A stretch of DNA of 64,000 nucleotides, from the NCBI GenBank assembly GCA_903907925.1, contig CAIVQB010000070.1, positions 61,448 to 125,447 of the forward strand. Direction: 5' to 3'. The translations under genes were made by a program, and so were the position numbers. Origin of the DNA: an uncultured Verrucomicrobiota bacterium (GTDB lineage Bacteria > Verrucomicrobiota > Verrucomicrobiia > Limisphaerales > UBA9464). Shown piece by piece: positions 35,818 through 45,090 of this stretch. The stretch's first letter is position 1. The number at the start of each line of letters is the position of its first letter. The notes below the pieces were generated by a model. That model was not told the origin of the DNA. It searched no databases and was given only the letters and a program-made list of their open reading frames with translations.

Positions 35818-36471
35818 ATGCGAAGTCATCCTGACGAAGACAGTTTTCTTCCCACACGACAGAGCCTGCTGTCGCGGTTGAAGGATCATGAAGATCAGGC
35901 GGGCTGGCGGGAGTTTTTCGAGACCTACTGGCGGTTGATCTACGGCGTCGCCCGCAAGGCCGGCCTGTCCGACAGCGAAAGTCAGGATCTCGTCCAGGAA
36001 ACCATGGTGGTGCTGGCGCGGCACTTGCCGGATTTCCGTTACGATCCGGCCCGGGGCTCCTTCAAGGCGTGGCTCCACACCGTCATCCGGTCCCGGCTGT
36101 CCGAACATTTCCGCAGGGTGCGACGGACGTCCCATCACGAGGCGATTCCCGAGGATTCCGGCACCGCGACGTCGGGAGCCGCGGTGGAGAAGCTTCCCGA
36201 TGCGTCGACCGGAACGCTGGAGGAGATCTGGCGCACCGAGTGGGAAACCCATGTGCTCGACACCGCGTTGCGACGGGTCCGGGCGAAGGTTAGTGCCCGT
36301 CAGTATCTCATCTTCAGCCTCGCCACCCTGAAGGAAACGCCACTGTCGGTGATCCGCAGCAAGCTCGACGTCAATGTCGCCCAGATCTATCTCGCCAAGC
36401 ATCGGGTGGGAAAACTGGTGAAGGAGGAGATCGCCCGCTTGCGTCACGAGGCGGAGAACTCCGCCGACTGA
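35818..36471 (+). CDS. ECF sigma-70 factor of the Ser/Thr-kinase-associated type
   Basis: 217 aa with TRQSLLSRLKDHEDQAGWREFFETYWRLIYGVARKAGLSDSESQDLVQET and FKAWLHTVIRSRL, plus a C-terminal HTH. No anti-sigma gene is adjacent. The next gene is a kinase. Confidence 0.85.
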   Translation: MRSHPDEDSFLPTRQSLLSRLKDHEDQAGWREFFETYWRLIYGVARKAGLSDSESQDLVQETMVVLARHLPDFRYDPARGSFKAWLHTVIRSRLSEHFRRVRRTSHHEAIPEDSGTATSGAAVEKLPDASTGTLEEIWRTEWETHVLDTALRRVRAKVSARQYLIFSLATLKETPLSVIRSKLDVNVAQIYLAKHRVGKLVKEEIARLRHEAENSAD

Positions 36472-36527
36472 CGGGTTGCATTCGGGTCCCGGCCCGGTTT
36501 TGCATCGGCAGGTCGCAGCCTCTTCCC

Positions 36528-39500
36528 TTGAAACCCGCATTGCTCATTCCGGATCACGAACTGCTCCGGGTCATCGGCCGCGGCAGCTACGGGGAGGTCT
36601 GGCTGGCTCGCAATGTCATGGGAACCCTGCGGGCGGTTAAGCTGGTGTTCCGGGAACATTTTGAAAGCGACCGGCCGTTTGAACGCGAGTTCGCCGGGAT
36701 TCAGCGTTACGAGCCCCTCAGCCGTTCCGCGGATGGTTTGGTTCAGATTCTTCACGTCGGTCGGAATCCCGGAGCGGGTGCATTCTACTACGTCATGGAA
36801 CTGGCCGACGATGCACTCGCCTGGCCTCCTGCTTCCGTGCCGGGCGCATCGGCGCGGGACTTCGATGCGGCGGCCTACGTTCCACGGACCCTCCACCGCG
36901 ACCTGGAGCAACTGGGATGTTTGCCGGTGGCGGACTGTGTCGAACTTGGCCTCGCTCTCGCCGCCGGCCTGGCTCATCTGCATCGCCACGGCCTCGTCCA
37001 TCGGGATCTCAAGCCCGCCAACATCATCTACGTCAATGGCCGCGCAAAAATGGCCGACGTGGGTTTGGTCGGAGATATCTCGGCTTCGCGGACATTCGTG
37101 GGTACGGAGGGCTACATTCCCCCGGAAGGTCCCGGAACGCCGGGTGCGGATGTGTTCGGCCTCGGCCGGGTTCTGTATGAGGCCAGCACGGGATTCGATC
37201 GGGAACGGTTCCCCGATTTGCCCGATGAATGGCTGGAATCCGAGGGCTCCAACGATGAACTGGAGTTCCACGAAGTCAGCTTGAAGGCCGGGGAAGGGGA
37301 CGCCGCCCGTCGCTATCAGACCGCCGCTGAACTTCAGGCCGACTTGGCGCTGCTTCAAAGCGGGCAGTCCCTGCGCCGGGTCCGGCAGATGGAGCGCAGG
37401 TTGGGGCGCGCGCGGCGGATCGCGATGGCGTCGGCGATCGTCGGCGCGGTGGCCGCGGTGGCCCTGCTGTTGGCGGGATACCGGTCCCGGATCGAACGGC
37501 AAAACCTGCAACAATCGGAACGGTTGCGCATTCGCGCGGAGTCGGCGGAACGCGAGGCCCGCCAGCAGTTGTTCGAATCGCAGCTCGCCCGTGCGGCGGC
37601 CGAACGTGACAATCGGACGGCCGGTGCCCGGGATCTGGCCCTGGCGGAAATCTGTGCTGCGGCCCGCGTTCATCCGGATTCGGTTGAACTCCGCGGTGTG
37701 GCCGCGACCCTCCTCGCTCTTCCGGAACTGACCGCGTTGCGCCGAATCCCAGTCCTCGGAGGGCCCAAGCCTCACGCCGTGGTGGATCCGGTCCATTCGA
37801 GGTACGCCAGCGTGGATGCCGCGGGTCGTTTGGCTTTGCGAAATATTGAGGACGATACGGTGCTCCCGGCGCTGGAACAGCCGGCGGAAGGAGGAGTGGG
37901 TTGGGTGTGGAATTTCAGTGGCGACGGCCGCTGGTTGGGAGGAGTGGATCAGAAGCGGCATCTGCTGGTCTGGAATCTGGGAACCGGCCGATTGGTTTCC
38001 TCGGCGCGATTTCTCACCAACGCCCCGATGTTCGACTTCGTCCCGGCAACGGATGAAGTCGCGATCGCCGCCGGGGAGGGGCGTCTTGAATTCGTGAACC
38101 TGCACACCGGGAACGTCGTCAGGGAGCTTCAGTTGGGGAAAGCGACCACTTGGTTTTCCGTCGGTCCGGATGGACGACGCGTTGCCATCAACGGGCCACA
38201 GGGGATTCAGGTATTAAATGGAACGAATGGCACTGTTGAGGGTTCGTGGCCGTTTCAGGGGCTGGTACAGCGGCCTGGAATGGCCTGGACTCCGGACGGC
38301 CGAACTCTCGCGGTGGGCGGGCCCGGCTTTGACGTCGTCGTTCTGAGCGTGGAGCCCTTTCGCGGGGAACCCGTGTGGCTTCGTGGACATTCCGCGGAGG
38401 TGTCGAGTCTGACGTTCGGTCCGGACGGACGTTGGTTGGCCACGGCTTCCTGGGATTCTACGACGCGACTGTGGGACCCGGTTTCGGGACGCCTGCTCCT
38501 GACCCAGCCGGAGGCGGGCGAGTTGACGTGGACGGCCGGATCCCGATTGGTGCGGTGGAGGAACACCGACAACGACCAGCAATCGCTTACGGTTCTCAAG
38601 ATCGATCTTCCCCGTGCCTGCCGGGCCATTGCTGAAATTCCGCCCGCGGCCAATCCGGAAAACCACAAGGGTCCCTGGGTTGTGGAATGCTTCGCCGACG
38701 GGCGTCTGATCGCGAGTCCATCCTATGAAGGCGTACGGATCAGCGATGCGGTCACCGGTGCCGATCTGGCCACCTTGCCGACCGATCATGCCACCAGTTG
38801 CACGGTTGCCGCCGATCCACCGTCGCTGCTGCTAACCGCGGGTGGTCGCATGATTCGATGGCCATTCCAGTGGGATCCGACGGCGGCGCGGCTCCGATTT
38901 GGCCGGCCGCTTGTTGTCGAAGGATCCGATGGTGCCTTCGTGGCGACGGCGGACTCAGGGGGACGCCGTCTTTGGGCCAGCATCGGGTCGGGCATCCGGG
39001 TTTGGGAACACGGCACGAACCGCCTGGTGTGTGACCAGCCAGGGCGTTATCCGAAACCGGTGGTCAGTTCAGACGGCGAATGGCTGGTGGTGACCGTGCA
39101 CGAATTCACAAATCTGCTGCTCCGACGGACCCGGGATGGTTCGGTGGTGCGCGAGCTGGCCGACTCGAACCTGGGGCAGGTTGACTTCAGCCCTGACGGC
39201 CGGCGGATTGCTGTTTCCTCGGGGGATAAGATCCGCGTGGAAGCCGTCGCGGACGGGCGCATTCTGTGGAGTGTCGCCCGTCCCGAAGTCGGCGGCCGGG
39301 GCGGTCCGGTCCGGTTTTCGCCGAATGGTTCGATGTTGGCAGCCGAGTATGGCCGCGATGACGTCGCCATTCTCGATGCCTCCAGCGGCCGGATCATCGT
39401 CCGACTCGCGCACCCACAGCCTGAACTGATCTCCAGCTTTGCCTTCACGCCGGACGGAACCCGATTGGCCATCGCCTGTTCGACGCACGTGGTGCATCTC

Positions 39501-39623
39501 TGGGACTTGCGAGAATTGAGTCGGGAGGAAGCCGAACTTGGAATCGATTCCGGTTTGCGCGGAATGGGTGGAGAATCGACAGGGAGGTCGGAATCGGTGC
39601 AGGTCAGTTTTGATTCGGATTGA
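36528..39623 (+). CDS. Ser/Thr protein kinase - TM helix - WD40 beta-propeller protein
   Basis: TTG start. Kinase motifs are GRGSYGEVW, AVKLV, HRDLKPANII, ADVGLV (a DFG variant) and GTEGYIPPE. The TM helix is IAMASAIVGAVAAVALLLAGY. Many WD-like blades follow (for example GHSAEVSSLTFGPDGRWLATASWDSTTRLWD). Confidence 0.88.
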   Translation: MKPALLIPDHELLRVIGRGSYGEVWLARNVMGTLRAVKLVFREHFESDRPFEREFAGIQRYEPLSRSADGLVQILHVGRNPGAGAFYYVMELADDALAWPPASVPGASARDFDAAAYVPRTLHRDLEQLGCLPVADCVELGLALAAGLAHLHRHGLVHRDLKPANIIYVNGRAKMADVGLVGDISASRTFVGTEGYIPPEGPGTPGADVFGLGRVLYEASTGFDRERFPDLPDEWLESEGSNDELEFHEVSLKAGEGDAARRYQTAAELQADLALLQSGQSLRRVRQMERRLGRARRIAMASAIVGAVAAVALLLAGYRSRIERQNLQQSERLRIRAESAEREARQQLFESQLARAAAERDNRTAGARDLALAEICAAARVHPDSVELRGVAATLLALPELTALRRIPVLGGPKPHAVVDPVHSRYASVDAAGRLALRNIEDDTVLPALEQPAEGGVGWVWNFSGDGRWLGGVDQKRHLLVWNLGTGRLVSSARFLTNAPMFDFVPATDEVAIAAGEGRLEFVNLHTGNVVRELQLGKATTWFSVGPDGRRVAINGPQGIQVLNGTNGTVEGSWPFQGLVQRPGMAWTPDGRTLAVGGPGFDVVVLSVEPFRGEPVWLRGHSAEVSSLTFGPDGRWLATASWDSTTRLWDPVSGRLLLTQPEAGELTWTAGSRLVRWRNTDNDQQSLTVLKIDLPRACRAIAEIPPAANPENHKGPWVVECFADGRLIASPSYEGVRISDAVTGADLATLPTDHATSCTVAADPPSLLLTAGGRMIRWPFQWDPTAARLRFGRPLVVEGSDGAFVATADSGGRRLWASIGSGIRVWEHGTNRLVCDQPGRYPKPVVSSDGEWLVVTVHEFTNLLLRRTRDGSVVRELADSNLGQVDFSPDGRRIAVSSGDKIRVEAVADGRILWSVARPEVGGRGGPVRFSPNGSMLAAEYGRDDVAILDASSGRIIVRLAHPQPELISSFAFTPDGTRLAIACSTHVVHLWDLRELSREEAELGIDSGLRGMGGESTGRSESVQVSFDSD

Positions 39624-39737
39624 AGGAAGTCTAAGCCTAAACAATGCGGTCAGATCCGCCTTTGGATGGAGGTTTGAAGCGGCGGTGTTCGCAGTTGGGC
39701 TCCACCTCTCCCGCCCTACGGCCGGGGAGGGAAGTCG

Positions 39738-39827
39738 ATGGGGTGGGGGCTTGCACCAGCGTTGCTCATCCTCGGCACTCCGGCGGCTTTGCTTTCCGTC
39801 TGGCGGTGGATGCGCCTCCCGGGATAG
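39738..39827 (+). CDS. candidate trpE upstream leader ORF (29 codons, three Trp)
   Basis: Translation is MGWGLAPALLILGTPAALLSVWRWMRLPG*. GGAGG at 39726-39730 lies 7 nt before the ATG. The TAG at 39825-39827 is 18 nt before the trpE ATG, which has no SD of its own. Confidence 0.3.
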   Translation: MGWGLAPALLILGTPAALLSVWRWMRLPG

Positions 39828-39845
39828 CTTCTCCGCCCCTTGGTT

Positions 39846-41390
39846 ATGGACGCACCGACGCTGCCTGAGTTTCTCCAGCTCGCGGAGCGGGGCAATCTGA
39901 TCCCCGTCACCCGCAGGCTTCTTGCTGATTTCGAGACTCCGCTGTCGGCCTATTGGAAACTCCGTGGTCAGGGCGAATCCTTCCTCTTTGAATCGGTCGA
40001 AGGGGGCGAACATCTCGGCCGCTACTCGTTCGTCGGCTGCAATCCGCGCGCGGTCATCAAGCAGACCGGCGATCGCGTCGAGGTGATCGAAGGCGGCCGG
40101 GTCCGCGAGACGTTCCAGGTGGTTCCGCGCTCCAAGGCCGCCGCTGGCGCGCCACAGGATCCTTCCATCGTCGCCGATGGCCTCGAAGTCGTCCAACGCC
40201 TCCTGGCCCGTTTCAAGCCGGTTCCCATGCCGGGTCTCCCGCGATTCACCGGCGGTGCGGTCGGATTCCTCGGGTACGAATTCATCCACGATGTCGAACC
40301 GGTCGTTCCGCGGCCGAAGCACGATGAACTCGGCACGCCGACGCTCTATTTCCTGATCACCGACGAACTCCTGATCTTCGATCGCGTCGCCCAGACGCTG
40401 ACCGTGCTGGTTAATGCGATCATCGAACCGGGCCAGAAACCGGAGGAAGCCTACGAAAACGCCGTCGGAGAAATCGAGCGCCTGACCGCGTTGCTGGAAC
40501 AACCGGTGGAGAATCATCCGGTGGGCCTTCCCGCCGAAGTGCCGCCGGTGCCGTTCGTTTCCAACACCACGCCCGAGGCATTTTACGCCAACGTCCGGAA
40601 GGCGAAGGAATTCATCGTCGCGGGCGACATCATCCAGGTGGTCGGTTCGCAGCGGTTCAGCACGCCGGTGAAGGCGCAGGCCTTCGACCTGTATCGCGCC
40701 GCCCGCAGTATCAATCCTTCGCCTTACATGTTCCTGCTGGAACTCGAGGGATTCGCGCTGGTCGGAGCCTCGCCGGAATTGCACGTGCGCTGTGTCGATC
40801 GACAGGTGGAGATCCGCCCGATCGCCGGCACTCGCGCGCGCGGGAAAACCGAGGCGGAGGACGAATCCAATGCCCGTGACCTGCTCGCCGATCCCAAGGA
40901 ACGCGCCGAACACGTGATGCTGGTCGACCTCGCCCGGAACGACATCGGCCGGGTCTGCGAATACGGCAGTGTCCACGTCCGGGAATTGATGGTCGTCGAA
41001 CGGTACAGTCACGTGATGCACATCGTCTCCCAAGTGGAAGGACGCCTATCCGCGGACCGGAACGCCTACGATTTGATGCGGATGACCTTCCCCGCGGGTA
41101 CCCTGAGCGGTGCGCCGAAGATTCGCGCGATGCAATTGATCTCCGAACTCGAAGGCACCACCCGTGGACCCTACGGCGGCTGCGTGGGATACTTCGGTTT
41201 CAACGGCAATTCCGATCATTGCATCACGATCAGGACCGCGCTGTTGAAGGATGGCCGGGCCTATGTGCAGGCGGGTGGCGGTTGGGTGAACGATTCAACC
41301 CCCGAAGCCGAGTTCCAGGAAACGGTGAACAAGTCCAAGGCCATGCTGAAGGCAGTGGCCTTGGCCGAACAATTCGCGGCGAATCGGTGA
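39846..41390 (+). CDS. trpE: anthranilate synthase component I
   Basis: ATG at 39846. Motifs are LIPVTRRLLADFETPLSAY, FLFESVEGGEHLGRYSF, GTRARG...LLADPKERAEHVMLVDLARNDIGRV and PAGTLSGAPKIRAMQLI. Confidence 0.95.
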   Translation: MDAPTLPEFLQLAERGNLIPVTRRLLADFETPLSAYWKLRGQGESFLFESVEGGEHLGRYSFVGCNPRAVIKQTGDRVEVIEGGRVRETFQVVPRSKAAAGAPQDPSIVADGLEVVQRLLARFKPVPMPGLPRFTGGAVGFLGYEFIHDVEPVVPRPKHDELGTPTLYFLITDELLIFDRVAQTLTVLVNAIIEPGQKPEEAYENAVGEIERLTALLEQPVENHPVGLPAEVPPVPFVSNTTPEAFYANVRKAKEFIVAGDIIQVVGSQRFSTPVKAQAFDLYRAARSINPSPYMFLLELEGFALVGASPELHVRCVDRQVEIRPIAGTRARGKTEAEDESNARDLLADPKERAEHVMLVDLARNDIGRVCEYGSVHVRELMVVERYSHVMHIVSQVEGRLSADRNAYDLMRMTFPAGTLSGAPKIRAMQLISELEGTTRGPYGGCVGYFGFNGNSDHCITIRTALLKDGRAYVQAGGGWVNDSTPEAEFQETVNKSKAMLKAVALAEQFAANR

Positions 41391-41423
41391 GGTATCCGTT
41401 GGGCGTCCCTACCCGCCAAACCA

Positions 41424-42020
41424 ATGTCACGAGATGATGCTAGAGCAAAGTCGCGTGCAATTCAGCGATATGACGCGCGAGGCATGGCCTGCTGCGCGTT
41501 GGAACTTGCCAAACACTCGCTTGCCGTCCATCCGAAGGATTGGGCGATTTTATTTCATTACGGCTCATGCCTCCATGCGATGGCCCGTTACCCAGAGTCT
41601 CTTAAAATCCTACATCAAGTCGCTCGGTTTTGCCCACCGCAGGCGCTGCCGCTGGTCTATTCCGAATTCGGACACCTCCATCGCAAACGAGGTGCGTTTC
41701 GCAGTGCGGAACGTTGGTATCGTCGCGCAGTCGACCACTCTCCCAGCGACGCCACTTACAAGATCTTCCTCGGAGCAATTCTCGCCAACGCAGGGCGTTT
41801 GCAAGAGGCCGAGGCGGTTTACCTCCGAGCTACTCGCTGCAAGAAAGGCTGCATCGCCGAGGCGCACCTCAACCTCGGCCTCGTTTTTCGCGCACAAGGA
41901 CGGTATACCGATGCTTGCAAGTGCTTCCAACGCGCGCTTCAACTTGACCCGAAATGCAGAACTGCCCTGACGGTTCTCTCAGACGTTGAAAAGGTCCTGG
42001 AACTCGTCGACGAAATGTAG
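41424..42020 (+). CDS. TPR-repeat protein
   Basis: 198 aa with ATG start. TPR-like units are YSEFGHLHRKRGAFRSAERWYRRAVDHSP and HLNLGLVFRAQGRYTDACKCFQRALQLDP. GC is lower than the flanks (a 60-nt sample was about 50%). Confidence 0.7.
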   Translation: MSRDDARAKSRAIQRYDARGMACCALELAKHSLAVHPKDWAILFHYGSCLHAMARYPESLKILHQVARFCPPQALPLVYSEFGHLHRKRGAFRSAERWYRRAVDHSPSDATYKIFLGAILANAGRLQEAEAVYLRATRCKKGCIAEAHLNLGLVFRAQGRYTDACKCFQRALQLDPKCRTALTVLSDVEKVLELVDEM

Positions 42021-42080
42021 TTGGGCACTGAGCGAGGATGTCGCCCGCCGAAGATTTTAATCATCTCACCTTTCTCTACC

Positions 42081-43136
42081 ATGAAGCAAAAAGCCTACGC
42101 CGCTGCGGGCGTTGACATCGATCTCGGCAACCGCGTCAAGGGCACCCTCCCGGCCCTGCTGGCCTCCACGCACCGCCGCGAAGTCCTCGGCAAGGTCGGC
42201 GGATTCGGCGGCCTGTTCGCGCTCGACGTGAAACGGTTCCGCCAGCCGGTGCTGGTCTCCTCGGTCGATGGCGTGGGCACCAAGCTCAAGATCGCCTTCG
42301 CCCTAAACCGCCATGACACCATCGGCGAGGATCTGGTGAACCATTGCGTCAATGACATCGCGGTGCTCGGCGCGGAACCGCTCTTCTTCCTCGATTATCT
42401 CGGCACCGGAAAATTGGAACCGCACGTCTTCACCGAGGTGATCCGTGGATTCGTCCGCGGCTGCCGGTTCAATAACTGCGCCTTGATCGGCGGCGAGACC
42501 GCGCAGATGCCCGGGTTTTACCAGGCGGGTGAGTACGACGTCAGCGGCACCATTGTCGGCGTGGTGGAAAAATCCCGGATGTTGAACGGGCAAAAGACGG
42601 TCCGGAAGGGTGATCGGGTCCTCGGCATCGCCTCCAGCGGCCTTCACACCAACGGCTATTCGCTCGCGCGCAAAATCCTGTTCGAAAACATGAAGTTCAA
42701 GCCGGACACGCACGTGCCGGAACTCGACGGGACGGTCGGCGAGGCGCTGCTGAAGGTGCACGTCAGCTACGGTCCTCTGGTGCAGGCGCTGCTGAAGAAG
42801 TTCAATCGCACTGGAAAGCCACCGGCGATCAAAGCGCTCGCCCACATCACCGGCGGCGGGTTTGTGGACAACATCCCCCGGACCCTGCCGCCGAAATGCG
42901 ATGTGATGATCCACAAAGGTTCCTGGGACGTACCGCCTCTGTTCCAGATCCTGGCCTCGGATGATTCGGTGGCTGAAGCCGAGTTGTATGAGGTGTTCAA
43001 CATGGGCATCGGCATGACGGTGACCGTTTCGGAAGACGCGGCCGACGACGTGTTCCGCTTCATCCGGGCCGCACGGATGAAGGTGTGGGAAATCGGTTCG
43101 GTGGTGCGTGGAACGGGCGTTTGCCGGGTTGAGTAA
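42081..43136 (+). CDS. purM: phosphoribosylformylglycinamidine cyclo-ligase (AIR synthetase)
   Basis: ATG at 42081. Motifs are YAAAGVDIDLGN, DGVGTKLKIA, DLVNHCVNDI, GGETAQMPG, SSGLHTNGYSL and HITGGGF. Confidence 0.95.
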   Translation: MKQKAYAAAGVDIDLGNRVKGTLPALLASTHRREVLGKVGGFGGLFALDVKRFRQPVLVSSVDGVGTKLKIAFALNRHDTIGEDLVNHCVNDIAVLGAEPLFFLDYLGTGKLEPHVFTEVIRGFVRGCRFNNCALIGGETAQMPGFYQAGEYDVSGTIVGVVEKSRMLNGQKTVRKGDRVLGIASSGLHTNGYSLARKILFENMKFKPDTHVPELDGTVGEALLKVHVSYGPLVQALLKKFNRTGKPPAIKALAHITGGGFVDNIPRTLPPKCDVMIHKGSWDVPPLFQILASDDSVAEAELYEVFNMGIGMTVTVSEDAADDVFRFIRAARMKVWEIGSVVRGTGVCRVE

Positions 43137-43219
43137 CCGCGCTGCTGAACCTGCCAACCCCGACTGATACCGTCGTCGGGCCCCTTTACTCCATCGGCAG
43201 CGGGGCGCATGTTGCCGCC

Positions 43220-43696
43220 ATGCGTGCGGAAGCTGTCGATACCGTGGAACGGAGCCCGTTCCTCCGCTGGGTCATGATCGGATCCTCGGCGCTGGGGCTG
43301 GGATGCCTGCTGGCGTCACTCACCGTGCTGGATCTGGGCCATGGCGGGATCGAATTCCATTGGAGCAATCTGGCGTTGATCGCCTTTCCCGCCGGGGCGG
43401 CCCTCGCGGCGGGGTATTGGCTCCTCGTGTTTCGTCTTGGGTCCGCGGATGAAACCGCCTCGACCCGTCGGAAACTCTACGGCGCCTCGGCGTTCATGCT
43501 GCTTCTGGCCTTCGCCGTTTTTCTCTATCCGCTGCGGTTCGTCACGCCGGAGAAACGGAATGACGTGTTGATCGGCCTAGGCACTGCGGTGGTGGCGCTG
43601 TCCGTGGTTGGATACATGATTCGCACCGTCGTCCGAATGCTGGAGGACGAAGACGACGCGAATCCACCTCCGCCAAACGGACCGCGAGGCCACTGA
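43220..43696 (+). CDS. hypothetical membrane protein (4 predicted TM helices)
   Basis: ATG start. There are four hydrophobic segments and an acidic, proline-rich tail (EDEDDANPPPPNGPRGH). Confidence 0.55.
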   Translation: MRAEAVDTVERSPFLRWVMIGSSALGLGCLLASLTVLDLGHGGIEFHWSNLALIAFPAGAALAAGYWLLVFRLGSADETASTRRKLYGASAFMLLLAFAVFLYPLRFVTPEKRNDVLIGLGTAVVALSVVGYMIRTVVRMLEDEDDANPPPPNGPRGH

Positions 43697-43731
43697 ACGG
43701 ACCCACAGGACTTTTCGCACCCCATCGACTT

Positions 43732-43770
43732 CCCTCGCCCTGCGGAGCGGGGAGAGGGCCAGGGCGAGGG
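43732..43770. repeat. GC-rich palindromic (REP-like) hairpin
   Basis: Perfect 11-bp arms CCCTCGCCCTG / CAGGGCGAGGG flank a 17-nt loop, 36 nt downstream of the preceding stop. No U-tract follows. A degenerate second copy lies at about 43850-43900. Confidence 0.6.
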
Positions 43771-43997
43771 GTGCTGAGCGGTGCCGGACCGGCGCGTGGT
43801 GACATCACGTTCGGTTGTTTGAGTCAGGCTGCGAAGACACGGGTGCGCCACCTCTTCCCTGCCCTCTCGTCCACTCCATGGAGGCGAGGGAGATCGCTGG
43901 GGTGCGGGTTCCCGCCGTCAATTCTTGTGTTCGTTCCGGCTGCGATCTGGAAGCGTGGCGGCCGGAAACTGGACCGCATTTTCCCAGCAAAACCTCA

Positions 43998-45059
43998 ATG
44001 AACAAACGCATCGCGTATCTCGATGGGCATCGTGGCCTGGCGATCTTGATGGTCGTGTTCTATCACGCTTACGCCCGCTGGTGGGAGGTGGTGCCGTACG
44101 GGACCAAATACAGCGACCGGTTTCCGATCGTTCATTTCGGCGTGTTCGGGGTTCAGTTGTTTTTTCTGATCTCCGGGTTTGTCATTCTGATGACTCTGGA
44201 GAAATGCACGGGCGCTCGTGAGTTTCTCGTCCGGCGCTGGCTCCGGCTGTTTCCGGCGATGCTTTTGTGTTCCATCCTCATTTTCGCGACCGCCGGATTT
44301 TTCCATGAACGGCCCTCGGGAAAACCGACGTGGCTCAGTCTGGTGCCGGGATTGACGTTCGTGGATCTGTCCTGGTGGAGCGTGATTCCCGGGTTTTCCG
44401 CCAACCCGCTGGAAGTGTCGTTTTGGTCGCTCTATGCCGAGTTCAAGTTCTACGTCTTCGCAGCGTTGATCTACTTCTGGAAAGGACGAAAAGGCCTGTT
44501 CCTGGGTCTTACGACGGCATTCGCGGCGACGATCCTGCTGAAGGTCGCGAATGAGATCTCGCCGCACGCGGTGTTGGGTCTCGCAGGGAAGGGTCTGCGG
44601 GGGCTTGGGTTTGAGTACTTTGGCTGGTTCGGGGCCGGTGCGGCGTTTTACACCTATTCCAAGTCCCGGGAGTTGAAATGGTTCATGGCGGGGGTGGGCT
44701 TGGCCGCGATCAGCTCGGTGTTCGTCCGGGGATGGCACTGGGACCATATGGCCGGTGCGGCGGTGGTCGGCGCGGTGTTCACCGTTTCCGTGATCAGCAC
44801 AACCTTCCAACGGGTCCTGACCCTTCCGATCCTGCAATTCTTCGGGTTCATCAGTTATCCGCTCTATCTGATCCACGAAAACATGATGATCGCGATGATC
44901 CTGAAAATGGATCGGATGCACCTCGGCATCCCGGACTTTCTCTACCCGGCAGTGGCGATCGCAGTTCTGTCGGTGGTGACCTACGCGATCGGCCGGTACG
45001 GTGAGGGATGGGTCCGGAATCGAATGCTCGAACTCGGACGACGACTCGGTTCCCGCTGA
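43998..45059 (+). CDS. acyltransferase family 3 membrane protein
   Basis: ATG at 43998. The signature is IAYLDGHRGLAILMVVFYHA...GVQLFFLISGFVI, with multiple TM segments. Confidence 0.8.
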   Translation: MNKRIAYLDGHRGLAILMVVFYHAYARWWEVVPYGTKYSDRFPIVHFGVFGVQLFFLISGFVILMTLEKCTGAREFLVRRWLRLFPAMLLCSILIFATAGFFHERPSGKPTWLSLVPGLTFVDLSWWSVIPGFSANPLEVSFWSLYAEFKFYVFAALIYFWKGRKGLFLGLTTAFAATILLKVANEISPHAVLGLAGKGLRGLGFEYFGWFGAGAAFYTYSKSRELKWFMAGVGLAAISSVFVRGWHWDHMAGAAVVGAVFTVSVISTTFQRVLTLPILQFFGFISYPLYLIHENMMIAMILKMDRMHLGIPDFLYPAVAIAVLSVVTYAIGRYGEGWVRNRMLELGRRLGSR

Positions 45060-45090
45060 CCGGCCTGGTCAGCCGGGTCTTGATCCAATG

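Noticed and set aside
36444-38105. 553-aa minus-strand ORF
   Set aside because: It is antisense to the Ser/Thr kinase-WD40 gene. Composition is low-complexity R/G/P-rich and no domain is recognisable.
39069-41033. 654-aa minus-strand ORF
   Set aside because: It is exactly antisense to trpE, whose translation has unmistakable anthranilate synthase motifs. The antisense product is R/G/D/H-rich with no motif. This is a typical high-GC shadow ORF.
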